Positions 53,357-62,965 of a stretch of 64,000 nt of DNA are shown piece after piece. The position numbers and the translations under genes are program-made. Origin of the DNA: an uncultured Gammaproteobacteria bacterium (lineage in GTDB: Bacteria; Patescibacteriota; Patescibacteriia; CAZSQN01); assembly GCA_964609095.1 (NCBI GenBank), contig CAZSQN010000002.1, positions 88,066 to 152,065 on the forward strand, given 5' to 3'. The notes beneath the pieces were generated by a model. The model made no database searches. It worked only from the letters and a program-made list of their open reading frames with translations, and was not told the origin of the DNA. How positions within the stretch are numbered: the stretch's first letter is position 1; every line of letters begins with the position of its first letter.

Positions 53357-53397
53357 AAATTTTACGCTTAATTATAAAATATATAATAACCAAAATT

Positions 53398-54771
53398 TTA
53401 GACCGCGTCAATCTTATTAGAATCCGTTGACGGACGGAATTTGCTTATAAGAAAACTGATTAACTTGCGGTCATAATTGTCAAAAACAAAGAAGCTCCTG
53501 GCGCTGATCGTGGGAAGATTGTGCTTTTTTCTAAGATGCCTCTCGCAAATAACCGTAAAGGCGGCCATGCGCAAAAATTCCGCGTAAATAATGCCGACGG
53601 GCCCGGAAAAAAACAGTAGCAAAGGCATGGAAATAAGGTATAAAACCTTGGAGATATTGGCGACGGTAAAAATGAATTTCTGGTCCTTGACCGCGTAAAG
53701 CAAATCTTCCTGGCCAAAAGCCAGAAGATGAAACACGAACATCAGCAGATAAATTTTGAAAAAAGGCAGAGCGCCGATAAATTTAGGCAAAAGCCATTCT
53801 ATGACCGGAGGCGCAAAGAAGTAAGCGCCGAGTCCAAAAACCAGGTAAATCAGCGCCAGATATTTTTTTGCTTTCTGAACTATAAAAACAGCCGTTCCCG
53901 GTTCGGATATTTTCCTTGACACCACGGGGAAAATAACAGCCGCAACCGGAACCAAGCCCAAAAGCACTTCGTACAAATCTTTGCCCGTGGCGTAAAACGC
54001 CAGCGCGGCTTTGCTGAAAAATATGCCGATAATCAAAGGCCCTAAAGGCCTGACGGCTTGGTTCAGCAATGTTTCAAAAATCCTCCACTTTCCGTGTCCG
54101 GCCACCACCCTCCACAAGACGCCGGCGGAAGCAATTTGGACGCCTCTAAGGTAGCCCAACGCCTTAACGGCAAAAGGCAAACTGACGGCTACCACGACCA
54201 TTTTTGAAAGGACATAAGAAGCAAGAAGCGTGGTCGTGTTTAATCCGCCGGTCAAAATAAAAAAACTGGCGCCGGCTAATTTGCTTGCCGATTCAATAAC
54301 CGGCAGAAAAGCAAAGTCCTTAAATCGTTCATGGCTTCTAAAAATCTGCTGAAAGAAAACCTGCGCGACCTGCAAAACAAGAAGCGCGATAAATAAAACA
54401 AAAAACAAAGTTTGCTCCACTCCGAGAACCGCTCCGATCACCGGCTTAAAAGGAATAACCAGCAGGGCAAACAGCGCGGTAAGCGCAAAAGATGCCTTAA
54501 AATATTCAAGCATCAGCCGCTTTATGACATCAAATCTCCTTTCGCCTATGAGCCGCGCCACCTCGGAAATAATAAGCTCGTTAATCCCAAAAAGCGGGAT
54601 GGAAGCAAGGGGCGAGATCAAAGAGAGCGAGAGCAGAACCGTGCCGTAATCGCTGACGGAGATATTTCTTAAAACTATAAAAGCCGACGCCAAAGAAACC
54701 AGGCGCAGGACAATGTTTGCTCCGCCAAGCCACATCAGACCTCCGACTATTTTGCGTTTTAGGGAAACCAT
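53398..54771 (-). CDS. Wzx-like oligosaccharide flippase (MOP/PST family)
   Basis: 12-14 TM; polysaccharide-biosynthesis-protein N-terminal signature. Confidence 0.75.
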   Translation of the reverse strand: MVSLKRKIVGGLMWLGGANIVLRLVSLASAFIVLRNISVSDYGTVLLSLSLISPLASIPLFGINELIISEVARLIGERRFDVIKRLMLEYFKASFALTALFALLVIPFKPVIGAVLGVEQTLFFVLFIALLVLQVAQVFFQQIFRSHERFKDFAFLPVIESASKLAGASFFILTGGLNTTTLLASYVLSKMVVVAVSLPFAVKALGYLRGVQIASAGVLWRVVAGHGKWRIFETLLNQAVRPLGPLIIGIFFSKAALAFYATGKDLYEVLLGLVPVAAVIFPVVSRKISEPGTAVFIVQKAKKYLALIYLVFGLGAYFFAPPVIEWLLPKFIGALPFFKIYLLMFVFHLLAFGQEDLLYAVKDQKFIFTVANISKVLYLISMPLLLFFSGPVGIIYAEFLRMAAFTVICERHLRKKHNLPTISARSFFVFDNYDRKLISFLISKFRPSTDSNKIDAV

Positions 54772-54782
54772 GAAACGGATGA

Positions 54783-56165
54783 TTAAGTATCGGCGCGCCG
54801 GATTTGCGCGATCGCCTCCGCAATCCGGTCGCCTACATGGCCGTCATATTTATAAACAATTTTTCGCCGCAATTGCTCGCGCTCCGCCGCTTCCGCTTCC
54901 GGATGAAGCAAATACCGGTTAATTTCGCTAATAAGCGAATCAGGACCGTCTGCCAATCTTATGGCGCCGGTTTTAAGCCAATAGTCATGATGGTCGTATT
55001 CTTTGTAAAACTGATTTTTAGAAGTGAAATACGGCGTCGGCAAAAGATCAAAATTTAAAGAAATCACCGGCTTGTCCAAGCAAGAGACGTCAAAAGCAAA
55101 AGTGGAACCGGTCATCACCGTTAGCGAGCTGTGATAAATAAGATTGGCAAGCCAAATGATATTCTCGCGAGACGGATACCATTTATCCACAAACGCGGAC
55201 TGGTCCGTGCGGGAATCATCTATATAGACCTCCGCGTTGCCGATAAATTTCTTAAACGGATTGTTCGTATCGCGGGGATGAATGCGGGCAACGATGCTTA
55301 CCGGTTTTACAAATCTATTTTCATGTTTGGCGTTTAAAAGCAAATCAACCATTTCAGCGTCATCCCGGCTTTGCGCCGCCTCTGAAGCGTAAAGGACTAT
55401 ATTTGAAGCCGGATCAACGTTGATTTTTTTGCAAAACTCGGCGCGGGACGTAAAAATTGAAGCATCGTGATAAATATCATATTGGGAAATGCCCACCGGC
55501 AAAACGCGCTCCGGCTTAAAATTATTATGCGTTAACGCCTCTTGCTTCATAAGTTCATTCCAAACCAAAAGCAAATCCGGTTTGGCTCTGATTACTCCTT
55601 TTGAAGTAAGGTTGTCTATGGAAAGCACGCAGCCGATGCTTGGCACGCCTTGCGCTTTCGCGCGTTTGATAAACCGATGCTCCATCTGAACATGAGTTGA
55701 GACGGCCGCGTCCGGCTTATGTTCATCAAAAATTTTTTTAAAAATCTTGTCGGGAAAAAATTTGTCGTCCAGCCGCCGCAATAATTCCAACGCTCTCATG
55801 TTTCCGCGCAAAAAAAAGTGCGGCATGGAAAGAGCCGCGTAGAGCAGGTATTTTTTCCTAAGAAGCATTTTCTTTTTAAACCAGCGGACTGTCCTGGTGT
55901 TTAACGTGCTGTTTATAAGCGCGACCAAAAATCTTTCGGCAAAACCGCGGCCGTGATTTATTAAATAAAGTTTGCCGTAATCCGGATAAGGAATAAGAGT
56001 TATTTTTTCTCCCTTGTAAACCTCGCGCAAAAGGCGAAAACCGCTCTCCGGAGCGGCAATAATAATGTCGCATCCGCGGGCAAGCAATTTTTCAATGACC
56101 CCCGCGGAAATCATGTTGCGCGCGGCAATGCCAAAGGGAAAAGTGATAAGAATTTTTTTGGACAT
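54783..56165 (-). CDS. TagF/TagB-like CDP-polyol phosphotransferase family protein (paralog 3)
   Basis: C-terminal …SSLTVMTGSTFAFDVSCLDKPVISLNFDLL…Y…; same architecture as the other two. Confidence 0.65.
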   Translation of the reverse strand: MSKKILITFPFGIAARNMISAGVIEKLLARGCDIIIAAPESGFRLLREVYKGEKITLIPYPDYGKLYLINHGRGFAERFLVALINSTLNTRTVRWFKKKMLLRKKYLLYAALSMPHFFLRGNMRALELLRRLDDKFFPDKIFKKIFDEHKPDAAVSTHVQMEHRFIKRAKAQGVPSIGCVLSIDNLTSKGVIRAKPDLLLVWNELMKQEALTHNNFKPERVLPVGISQYDIYHDASIFTSRAEFCKKINVDPASNIVLYASEAAQSRDDAEMVDLLLNAKHENRFVKPVSIVARIHPRDTNNPFKKFIGNAEVYIDDSRTDQSAFVDKWYPSRENIIWLANLIYHSSLTVMTGSTFAFDVSCLDKPVISLNFDLLPTPYFTSKNQFYKEYDHHDYWLKTGAIRLADGPDSLISEINRYLLHPEAEAAEREQLRRKIVYKYDGHVGDRIAEAIAQIRRADT

Positions 56166-56168
56166 AAA

Positions 56169-56831
56169 TTACGGCGCCACGCGCGCCTTTTCCTTTTCAC
56201 AAACAAAATAATATCCGCTGGACATAAGCCGATCTATTTTTATATTTTTTTTAATATTGCCGAATTCATCGCGGATCAAAAAACTTAATTTAGGCAGGAG
56301 AAATCCCAACATTGCCCAAACTAACTTAAATAATCTGTTTGGACTGCTTGTCTGAAACGCGATCCTCTGAAAAATGACCGACAGCGCGCCCAAGGTATCC
56401 GTTTCAGGGAAACATTCAACGATGCGCCATTCCCGCAGCAGATAGCGCAGGCCGTATTCGGTAAAACGCCAAAAATCCCCCGGCGCGTCATGAATGGGGT
56501 ATAAAAACCGCGTTGTTAAAATCAATTTGCCGCCCGGACGGAGAACTCTTTTCATTTCGGCGATTGCCCGCTCCGGACTCTTCAGATGCTCAAGAACCTC
56601 TATGCACAAAACAAGGTCAAAACTGTTATCGGGAAACGGCAGCGCGTGAGCGTCGCCGACAATATCTACTCCAATGCCCGGTGCCGCATCCAGACAAACG
56701 CGGCTGGGAAAATGCGGCGCGTAAGAAGCCGCCGAACCGCACCCGACATCAAGAACGCGGCCGGCGCTTCCGTGGCGCGAGATAAATTCGTCCAGATTTC
56801 TGCGGGTTAATTTTTCCTTAAAAAATTTCAT
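56169..56831 (-). CDS. Class I SAM methyltransferase
   Basis: Motif I VLDVGCGSAAS; …LVLCIEVLEHL. Confidence 0.8.
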   Translation of the reverse strand: MKFFKEKLTRRNLDEFISRHGSAGRVLDVGCGSAASYAPHFPSRVCLDAAPGIGVDIVGDAHALPFPDNSFDLVLCIEVLEHLKSPERAIAEMKRVLRPGGKLILTTRFLYPIHDAPGDFWRFTEYGLRYLLREWRIVECFPETDTLGALSVIFQRIAFQTSSPNRLFKLVWAMLGFLLPKLSFLIRDEFGNIKKNIKIDRLMSSGYYFVCEKEKARVAP

Positions 56832-56834
56832 TTG

Positions 56835-57641
56835 TTAAAACAAATAATTCTTGCCCAAAATAAAATGATAGCGCATAAACCGCCAAACGTATTTTGGCGG
56901 AAGAGAAGCGCGAAAACCGAACTTTAAATATATCACGCCGCTTTTTAGCGCTATATATACGGCTTTTAAAAAATTATTAATTGCTTTTTTTATCCGCTTC
57001 GGCAAAGGAATGGATTTAACTCCGCCGGAGGCAAGTTCAAGATAATAATTATCTTTGCGCAGGCAGCTTTCCCAATCCTCCCACGGCGACATAATCGCTT
57101 CTTGCAGATAAATTTTATTTATGCCGTCGGGGAAAAACGGCTTTTCATGAACTTTTTTTGCGCCGCCGCCGCTCTTGTAATAAATCCCGCCCTTTCTGTT
57201 CCATACCCGCAAAGGCATATCGGGATAAAAAAAGGCATATTCAATAACCTTATCTCCGATCACCGTCTTTCTGTTAACCAAGGCGGCGTCAAGAATATTA
57301 TTGCGCGACACGATGCCTCTGATGGCAGTAACAAGCTCCGGCGTCACATACTCGTCAGAATCCACGGCAAACACCCAATCGTTTTTGGGCAGAGAAAAAA
57401 GCCGGTTGCGTACCTCAATAAAATTAGTTATTTTTACGTTTTTTTCTTTCGTTTCTGTCTGCGGGTAAATAGCCGCGCCATATTTCCCGGCTATTTCTAA
57501 AGTATTATCAGTGCTATTGCCGTCCATCACGACGATTTCATCAAACTCAACCAATCCCGACAAACACCGCTCCAATGTCTTGCCGGAATTCAAAGTCAAG
57601 ATGCAGGCGGTACAAGGAATTTTTGATTTGTCTTCCGTCAT
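56835..57641 (-). CDS. Glycosyltransferase family 2
   Basis: …CILTLNSGKTLERCL…VVMDGNSTDNT…. Confidence 0.75.
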   Translation of the reverse strand: MTEDKSKIPCTACILTLNSGKTLERCLSGLVEFDEIVVMDGNSTDNTLEIAGKYGAAIYPQTETKEKNVKITNFIEVRNRLFSLPKNDWVFAVDSDEYVTPELVTAIRGIVSRNNILDAALVNRKTVIGDKVIEYAFFYPDMPLRVWNRKGGIYYKSGGGAKKVHEKPFFPDGINKIYLQEAIMSPWEDWESCLRKDNYYLELASGGVKSIPLPKRIKKAINNFLKAVYIALKSGVIYLKFGFRASLPPKYVWRFMRYHFILGKNYLF

Positions 57642-58750
57642 AATCTGAAAAACGCTCTTATTTTTTCAATAATATGGGCCTGCTCCGGCTCTCCCAATTC
57701 CGGATAAATCGGCAAAGAAACAATTTCTTTGGAGAGCTTTTCGGCAAAGGGATATGAACCCGGCAAAAGTCCCAAATGCGCATAAGCTCTCTGCAAATGA
57801 ATCGGAATCGGATAATGAATGCCTGTGGCCACGCCGCGCTCCGCGAGATATGCCTGCAGCTGCTCGCGCTCTTTTGTCTTAATTATATAGAGATGATAAA
57901 CAGGAACACATCCTTCGGTATTTTTTACCGTTTCTATCGGCAAACCAACAAAAGCGGCATCAAATTTTTTCGCCAGTTCGCGGCGCTTTTCATTCCACTC
58001 GTCCAAATGCGGCAGTTTGATATTTAAGATCGCCCCTTGCAGCGCCTCCAAACGCATATTGAAACCGATAATTTCGTGTATATATTTTTGCTTTGAGCCG
58101 TGATCTCTAAGCAAGCGGACCGCCTCCGCCAGCTCGCCGTTACTAGTGACTACCGCTCCGCCTTCGCCATAAGCGCCCAAATTTTTGCCGGGATAAAAAC
58201 TAAACGCGGCCGCGTCCCCCCAAGAGCCGGCCTTCTTTCCCTTAAAACTCGCGCCGTGCGCTTGAGCCGCGTCTTCCAGCGTAAGAAGCCCATGGCGGCG
58301 CGCGACATCTAAAATCTTATCCATCTCGCCCATAGCGCCAAAAAGATGAACTGGGATGACAACCTTCGTAACCGGAGTAATCGCTTCTTCCAGCTTGCTC
58401 GCGTCAAGCTGGTGCGTTTCCGGATTAACATCAACAAATACCGGCTTGGCGCCCGTAAGAGAGACGGCTTCGGCCGTGGCAAAAAAACTATTTGGCTGGG
58501 TAATTACTTCTGCTCCCGGACCGCAACCCATGGCGAGAAGCGCGAGGTGGAGCGCGGAGGTGCCCGAATTCACTCCAACCGCGTATTTTGTTCCGCAGTA
58601 AGCGGCAAAATCATTTTCAAATTTTTGCACTTCCGGGCCAAGGACAAAATTGCCGCTAAGAAATACGCGCTGCGCGGCGCCATCAAGCTCGCCGCGAAGA
58701 GAAGCGTATTGGGCGCGCAAATTTACAAGCGGGATATTCATGCTGGACAT
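57638..58750 (-). CDS. DegT/DnrJ/EryC1/StrS-family PLP-dependent sugar aminotransferase
   Basis: …AVGVNSGTSALHLAL…; K in …AAFSFYPGKNLGAYGEGG…. Confidence 0.88.
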   Translation of the reverse strand: MSSMNIPLVNLRAQYASLRGELDGAAQRVFLSGNFVLGPEVQKFENDFAAYCGTKYAVGVNSGTSALHLALLAMGCGPGAEVITQPNSFFATAEAVSLTGAKPVFVDVNPETHQLDASKLEEAITPVTKVVIPVHLFGAMGEMDKILDVARRHGLLTLEDAAQAHGASFKGKKAGSWGDAAAFSFYPGKNLGAYGEGGAVVTSNGELAEAVRLLRDHGSKQKYIHEIIGFNMRLEALQGAILNIKLPHLDEWNEKRRELAKKFDAAFVGLPIETVKNTEGCVPVYHLYIIKTKEREQLQAYLAERGVATGIHYPIPIHLQRAYAHLGLLPGSYPFAEKLSKEIVSLPIYPELGEPEQAHIIEKIRAFFRL

Positions 58751-58761
58751 AAAATAAAAAA

Positions 58762-59493
58762 TTAAATTAGGCGCTTTTCCCCGACATCCCAGGCAACTTT
58801 CGCCGGATTGCCAAAGACGACTTTTCCCGCCGGAACATTGCCGACCACTACCGAACCCATCGCCACAAGCGCGCCCTCTCCGATAATCGCGCCCGGAGAA
58901 ATAGACGCGTTCGCTCCAATCATGGCCCTATCTTTTACGATTGTCTTTTTGCTGGCGTCAGGAACTCTCGCGAACGAGGCGTCGGAGCAGGTAGAAACAT
59001 CAGGACCGATAAATACATAACTGCCAATCTCCATATTTTCCGTGATTTGCGAACAATTCATAATTCTTGTATGCTCTCCGATTTTAACCCTGTCCTGGAG
59101 CGAAACGGCTTTCCCCAGCACCGACTCATCGCCTATCCGACAATTTTCCCGCACGTTAGCCATATCAGCTATAAACACATTTTTGCCGATTGAAGTCCCG
59201 CGATAAATAATAACCCCGGAGCCGATAACTGTCCCGTCGCCGACGCGAAGCGGCTCCGGGGTGGAAAGCTTGTAAGTGGAATTAGGGCCTGATTTGGGCG
59301 GCCTGCCGACAATGGCGTTATCCAAAATAATAACATTGTTGCCGATAACAGTGTCCGGATAAATAACCGCGTTATTGCCCACCGATACCCCGTCCCCTAT
59401 CTTTACCCCTTCGTAAATGACCACATTAAACTCATACAAAAAATCTTTGCCCGTGATTACAGTTTCATGTTTATGCAAATTTTTATTAAGCAT
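58762..59493 (-). CDS. Hexapeptide-repeat (left-handed beta-helix) sugar N-acetyltransferase
   Basis: Repeated [LIV]G-x4 hexapeptides. Confidence 0.8.
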   Translation of the reverse strand: MLNKNLHKHETVITGKDFLYEFNVVIYEGVKIGDGVSVGNNAVIYPDTVIGNNVIILDNAIVGRPPKSGPNSTYKLSTPEPLRVGDGTVIGSGVIIYRGTSIGKNVFIADMANVRENCRIGDESVLGKAVSLQDRVKIGEHTRIMNCSQITENMEIGSYVFIGPDVSTCSDASFARVPDASKKTIVKDRAMIGANASISPGAIIGEGALVAMGSVVVGNVPAGKVVFGNPAKVAWDVGEKRLI

Positions 59494-59497
59494 ATGT

Positions 59498-60778
59498 TTA
59501 ATTTGATTTGTGAGTCGTTACCCAGCGCACAAGGCGGTCAAAAAGAAACATTCCATCCCAGGGCGATTCATAAAAAGTAAGATAACCAAGCTCCGGGCAC
59601 CTGTCTATTCCCTTCACGGTCAGCGCGTCCACATATTTAAGTTTATTTTCGGCCGTAAATCCCAGCCCCAAGGTCTGTTTTTGCCGGTCGTTAAAATCTT
59701 TTAATTCGTTAAAATCTTTTATGGGTTTTACAAAAACAACGCGGGACCCGACGCGCTCTCCCAATCCGGGCTCATTGGTATAAATAACGGTCCATTCCGT
59801 TCCCTTTGATTTAAAAACTTTTCCCTTGAGGGCGTATTTATTTCTCGCGCCGACAATTGCCGCCGCCGTTTCCGAGCCGACCGGCCCCTTGGGCATAAAC
59901 AGCCGGGAGGCGCGCTCAAGTTCCAGTGAAAGCATCTCGGCGAAAGCTGCTGCGTCCCCTTCTTTTGCTTCTTGCGCAAAGACAATGTGAGGCGAAGAGC
60001 AGGCGGATTGGTCAAAAACAGAGATATCAACGGACAAACGCCCCGCTAGCGCATGGCCGTGTTTTAGGAGCGACTCTTTGTCTATGGCCGCGTAAGAATA
60101 TTTCGGCCCGAAAATAATATCTTCGCAAAACATCTTTTTCTTTAATCCGACAATGGCGTCTATGGCTTCATATCCGCCCCAGGCAATTCTCACATCGGCT
60201 ATTTCCGAGAGAGCTTCATGGCTGCTTCTATCCTCGGCATCGGCTAAAAACACGGCTACCGAATGGCCAAAATCGCGGCCGGAGATTGCGGGCGTTTCCA
60301 CCTCGTTCATCGCGTCCAGAAAATAAATCAAATCCTCATAAGCGCCTCTTGGGGCTTTGACCAGACAAACGTTTTTGGTCAGCAGGGCGGAAAAAATGGA
60401 AAATAGCCCCAAAACGGGAGTATTGCCCGCAATCCAATGGGCCGTTATCCCTCTCGGCTGGGCGTGAAAGAGCAATTTATCGTCGCCCAAATCAATCAAT
60501 TTGTCAAGAGAAAGACGGCTGCCGTGAAGCGCTATATCCAAGCTTCGCGCCAGCTTTTTTTTATCCAAAAAATCAGAGATATTTTTTAAATAAGGATATT
60601 TTTTAAGCATCCCGGACGAACCCCATTGCCGGGAGAGTTCGCCGAAAAAATCAATAATATCATCGGCTTCTAGGCCGTGCATGTATTCCAAACGGCCGGC
60701 CATTTGCGCGGCCAGGCGGTTCAAATCAAAATTTATTTCATTTTTGCGAACGCCGTGAAAAATCAAAGTTCTTTCCAT
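59498..60778 (-). CDS. LuxC-like acyl-CoA/acyl-protein reductase
   Basis: …HWIAGNTPVLGLFS…; active-site Cys region DQSACSSPHIVF; ~430 aa, ALDH-like. Confidence 0.7.
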   Translation of the reverse strand: MERTLIFHGVRKNEINFDLNRLAAQMAGRLEYMHGLEADDIIDFFGELSRQWGSSGMLKKYPYLKNISDFLDKKKLARSLDIALHGSRLSLDKLIDLGDDKLLFHAQPRGITAHWIAGNTPVLGLFSIFSALLTKNVCLVKAPRGAYEDLIYFLDAMNEVETPAISGRDFGHSVAVFLADAEDRSSHEALSEIADVRIAWGGYEAIDAIVGLKKKMFCEDIIFGPKYSYAAIDKESLLKHGHALAGRLSVDISVFDQSACSSPHIVFAQEAKEGDAAAFAEMLSLELERASRLFMPKGPVGSETAAAIVGARNKYALKGKVFKSKGTEWTVIYTNEPGLGERVGSRVVFVKPIKDFNELKDFNDRQKQTLGLGFTAENKLKYVDALTVKGIDRCPELGYLTFYESPWDGMFLFDRLVRWVTTHKSN

Positions 60779-60795
60779 AATTTGCCGAATGAAAT

Positions 60796-61896
60796 TTATA
60801 ATCTTAAAACATCGCCGCAGCCGCGGAGTTCCGCCGCCTCTGACCTTTTCTCAAAAACAAAATATTTTCCCTTACGGCCGCAAGGACAATCATCAATGCC
60901 GGCAATACTGCCAATATCATCAGAAAGTACCGATATCCCCGGATAACTTCTCGGAATAGGGCTTAAAAATTGCATCAACCCCGATTTGCCGGGCGGAGAC
61001 GGAAGAAGAGTGTCTTTATCGCGGACAATTATATCCGAATATAAAGGCGCGTGCTTAAATCCGGCCTGGCAATCGGGATAAACGGTTCCCAGCTGTTCAG
61101 TCATGCCGTAAATATCGCGGACGGCCGCGCCGGGAATCCCCAGCGCCGCGCCCGCCCGTTCGTTAAATTGTTCGCGGCTTACGGCCATATCTTTAAGCTT
61201 TTTCCATCCGCCGATATGGAGCGCCAGCGCCTGCTTGCCCGAAGAGAGCGCGGAAAGCGATTTGAAATTTTCCTTGTTGGCCGCGTCGGAAAAAAAATTA
61301 TAAAGAAGCCAGGTAAAACCAAAATAAAACACCTTATCGGCGCGCTCTACCTCCTCGCGGGCGGCTTTAATTTTTTCGCCGTCTATCCGCAAATCATCAT
61401 CGCACAAAAATACTGATTTTTTCGCCATACCCAGCATGCCCATGACCGCGGCGCCGCGCGAAGACAGCTCCCCCGACGGGCTTTTAATGATTTTTTCGGT
61501 ATCAAAAATCAGAAAAACTCCGCGCTCGCTTCCGAAAAAATCAGCCAAAATCCTGTTAAGCGCGATTATCTGGCGGTTAGAAGTGATTCTGTCCAGCATT
61601 ATTTTGCTCGGCTCTCCCGAAGTGGAGCTTGAAAACAATGTCTTAGTAATCTCTTCCGGCGGCACGGAAGAGAGCGGCATCGCCTTAAACATGGACGGCG
61701 ACAAAAAAGGTATGTCTTCCAGAGCGTAAGCCGAAGACGGTTCAAAGCCGTCTGCCTCGCAAATCTTGCGAAAAACCTCGCTATTTTCATAATGCCAGAA
61801 AACCGCGCTCTTTATATCGCGGAAAAAAATGTCTTTTTTTTCCGCGGCGGAAAGTTCAAACGGCTTATAATTTAACGTTTCAAGCTCTTGATTCAT
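60796..61896 (-). CDS. LuxE-like acyl-protein synthetase
   Basis: P-loop-like FSSSTSGEPSKIM; adenylate-forming fold of the LuxE type; start probably MNQELE. Confidence 0.7.
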   Translation of the reverse strand: MNQELETLNYKPFELSAAEKKDIFFRDIKSAVFWHYENSEVFRKICEADGFEPSSAYALEDIPFLSPSMFKAMPLSSVPPEEITKTLFSSSTSGEPSKIMLDRITSNRQIIALNRILADFFGSERGVFLIFDTEKIIKSPSGELSSRGAAVMGMLGMAKKSVFLCDDDLRIDGEKIKAAREEVERADKVFYFGFTWLLYNFFSDAANKENFKSLSALSSGKQALALHIGGWKKLKDMAVSREQFNERAGAALGIPGAAVRDIYGMTEQLGTVYPDCQAGFKHAPLYSDIIVRDKDTLLPSPPGKSGLMQFLSPIPRSYPGISVLSDDIGSIAGIDDCPCGRKGKYFVFEKRSEAAELRGCGDVLRL

Positions 61897-61900
61897 AAAA

Positions 61901-62965
61901 TCAGATATGGCGCCGGATAATCTCCGCAACCTCATCCGCTCCCGGCCGTATTGGATTGGCAAGCGCGCAAATATCCTTGCGCACCGCTTCCGCGCAAAAA
62001 ATAACTTCCTCTTCTTTTAACGGCAAGGGGTCAAAAACCAATCCAAGCTCCTTGTACAAACCGGAGAAAACAGGCAATATATTTTGAGAATTTGCCATTT
62101 TTAATTTATCAAACTTTTTATAAACATCTCCGGAGCGCGAATTAAATTCCAGAACATCAAGAAAAAACATGGCCACGGCGCGGGCGTGCGGAATATCATA
62201 TTTAGCGCCGAAATAATGCGCCAAAGCGTGATTTAAGCCGGTGGCGGCGCTGCTCTGCGCCAAACCCGCCAGCGTGGCGGCCAATTTAAGCTGTTCCAAA
62301 ATCTTAAGGCCATCCGCCGGTTGGCGGATAGCCGCAAACTCGCGCAAATTATCATAAATGCCGCGAATGGCGCCGAGCGCCAGCGCGTCAGAAAAAGAAT
62401 TGGACATTTTTGAAAGCAGCGCCTCAACCGCGTGAGAAAGCGCGTCAATGGAATGCAGGGCGATTTGCTCTTTTGAATGGGACAAAAAGAATCTGGCGTC
62501 AATAAGCGCCGCTTCCGGCAGAAGGCGCGGCGAAGAAACAACAATTTTTTTATTTTCGCGGACATCCGAGAGAAGGGCAAACCTGCTCACCTCCGCGCCG
62601 GAACCAATGGTAGTGGGAACGGCTATCATTTGGATTTTAAGGTCGTCTTTAACGATTTTAACCAAATCAATCACCGAACCGCCGCCGATGGCCGCGAGAT
62701 ATTTGCTCCCGTTCTTCCGGCATCTCTCTCTAAGTTCCTCGCGGTCTTCCGTTTTCGGCTCTCCGCTATGCGTTACAAACTCCGCCTTGCCCAAAATTGA
62801 ACGGATTAATTCGTCTTGCCGCTTAAAAGCGTTCGCGGAGATGACAAACAAAACTTTTTCGCCGGAAAGCTTTTTCAAAAAATCCAAACTGCCCGAACCG
62901 AAATAAACGCTTCTTGGAAAATGCGCTTGGGGAATAAACGAATTTAGAAAAATTTCATCAATCAT
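61901..62965 (-). CDS. Iron-containing alcohol dehydrogenase family protein
   Basis: …AAIGGGSVIDLVK…; Fe-ADH Gly-rich motif; conserved His-rich C-terminal half. Confidence 0.75.
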   Translation of the reverse strand: MIDEIFLNSFIPQAHFPRSVYFGSGSLDFLKKLSGEKVLFVISANAFKRQDELIRSILGKAEFVTHSGEPKTEDREELRERCRKNGSKYLAAIGGGSVIDLVKIVKDDLKIQMIAVPTTIGSGAEVSRFALLSDVRENKKIVVSSPRLLPEAALIDARFFLSHSKEQIALHSIDALSHAVEALLSKMSNSFSDALALGAIRGIYDNLREFAAIRQPADGLKILEQLKLAATLAGLAQSSAATGLNHALAHYFGAKYDIPHARAVAMFFLDVLEFNSRSGDVYKKFDKLKMANSQNILPVFSGLYKELGLVFDPLPLKEEEVIFCAEAVRKDICALANPIRPGADEVAEIIRRHI

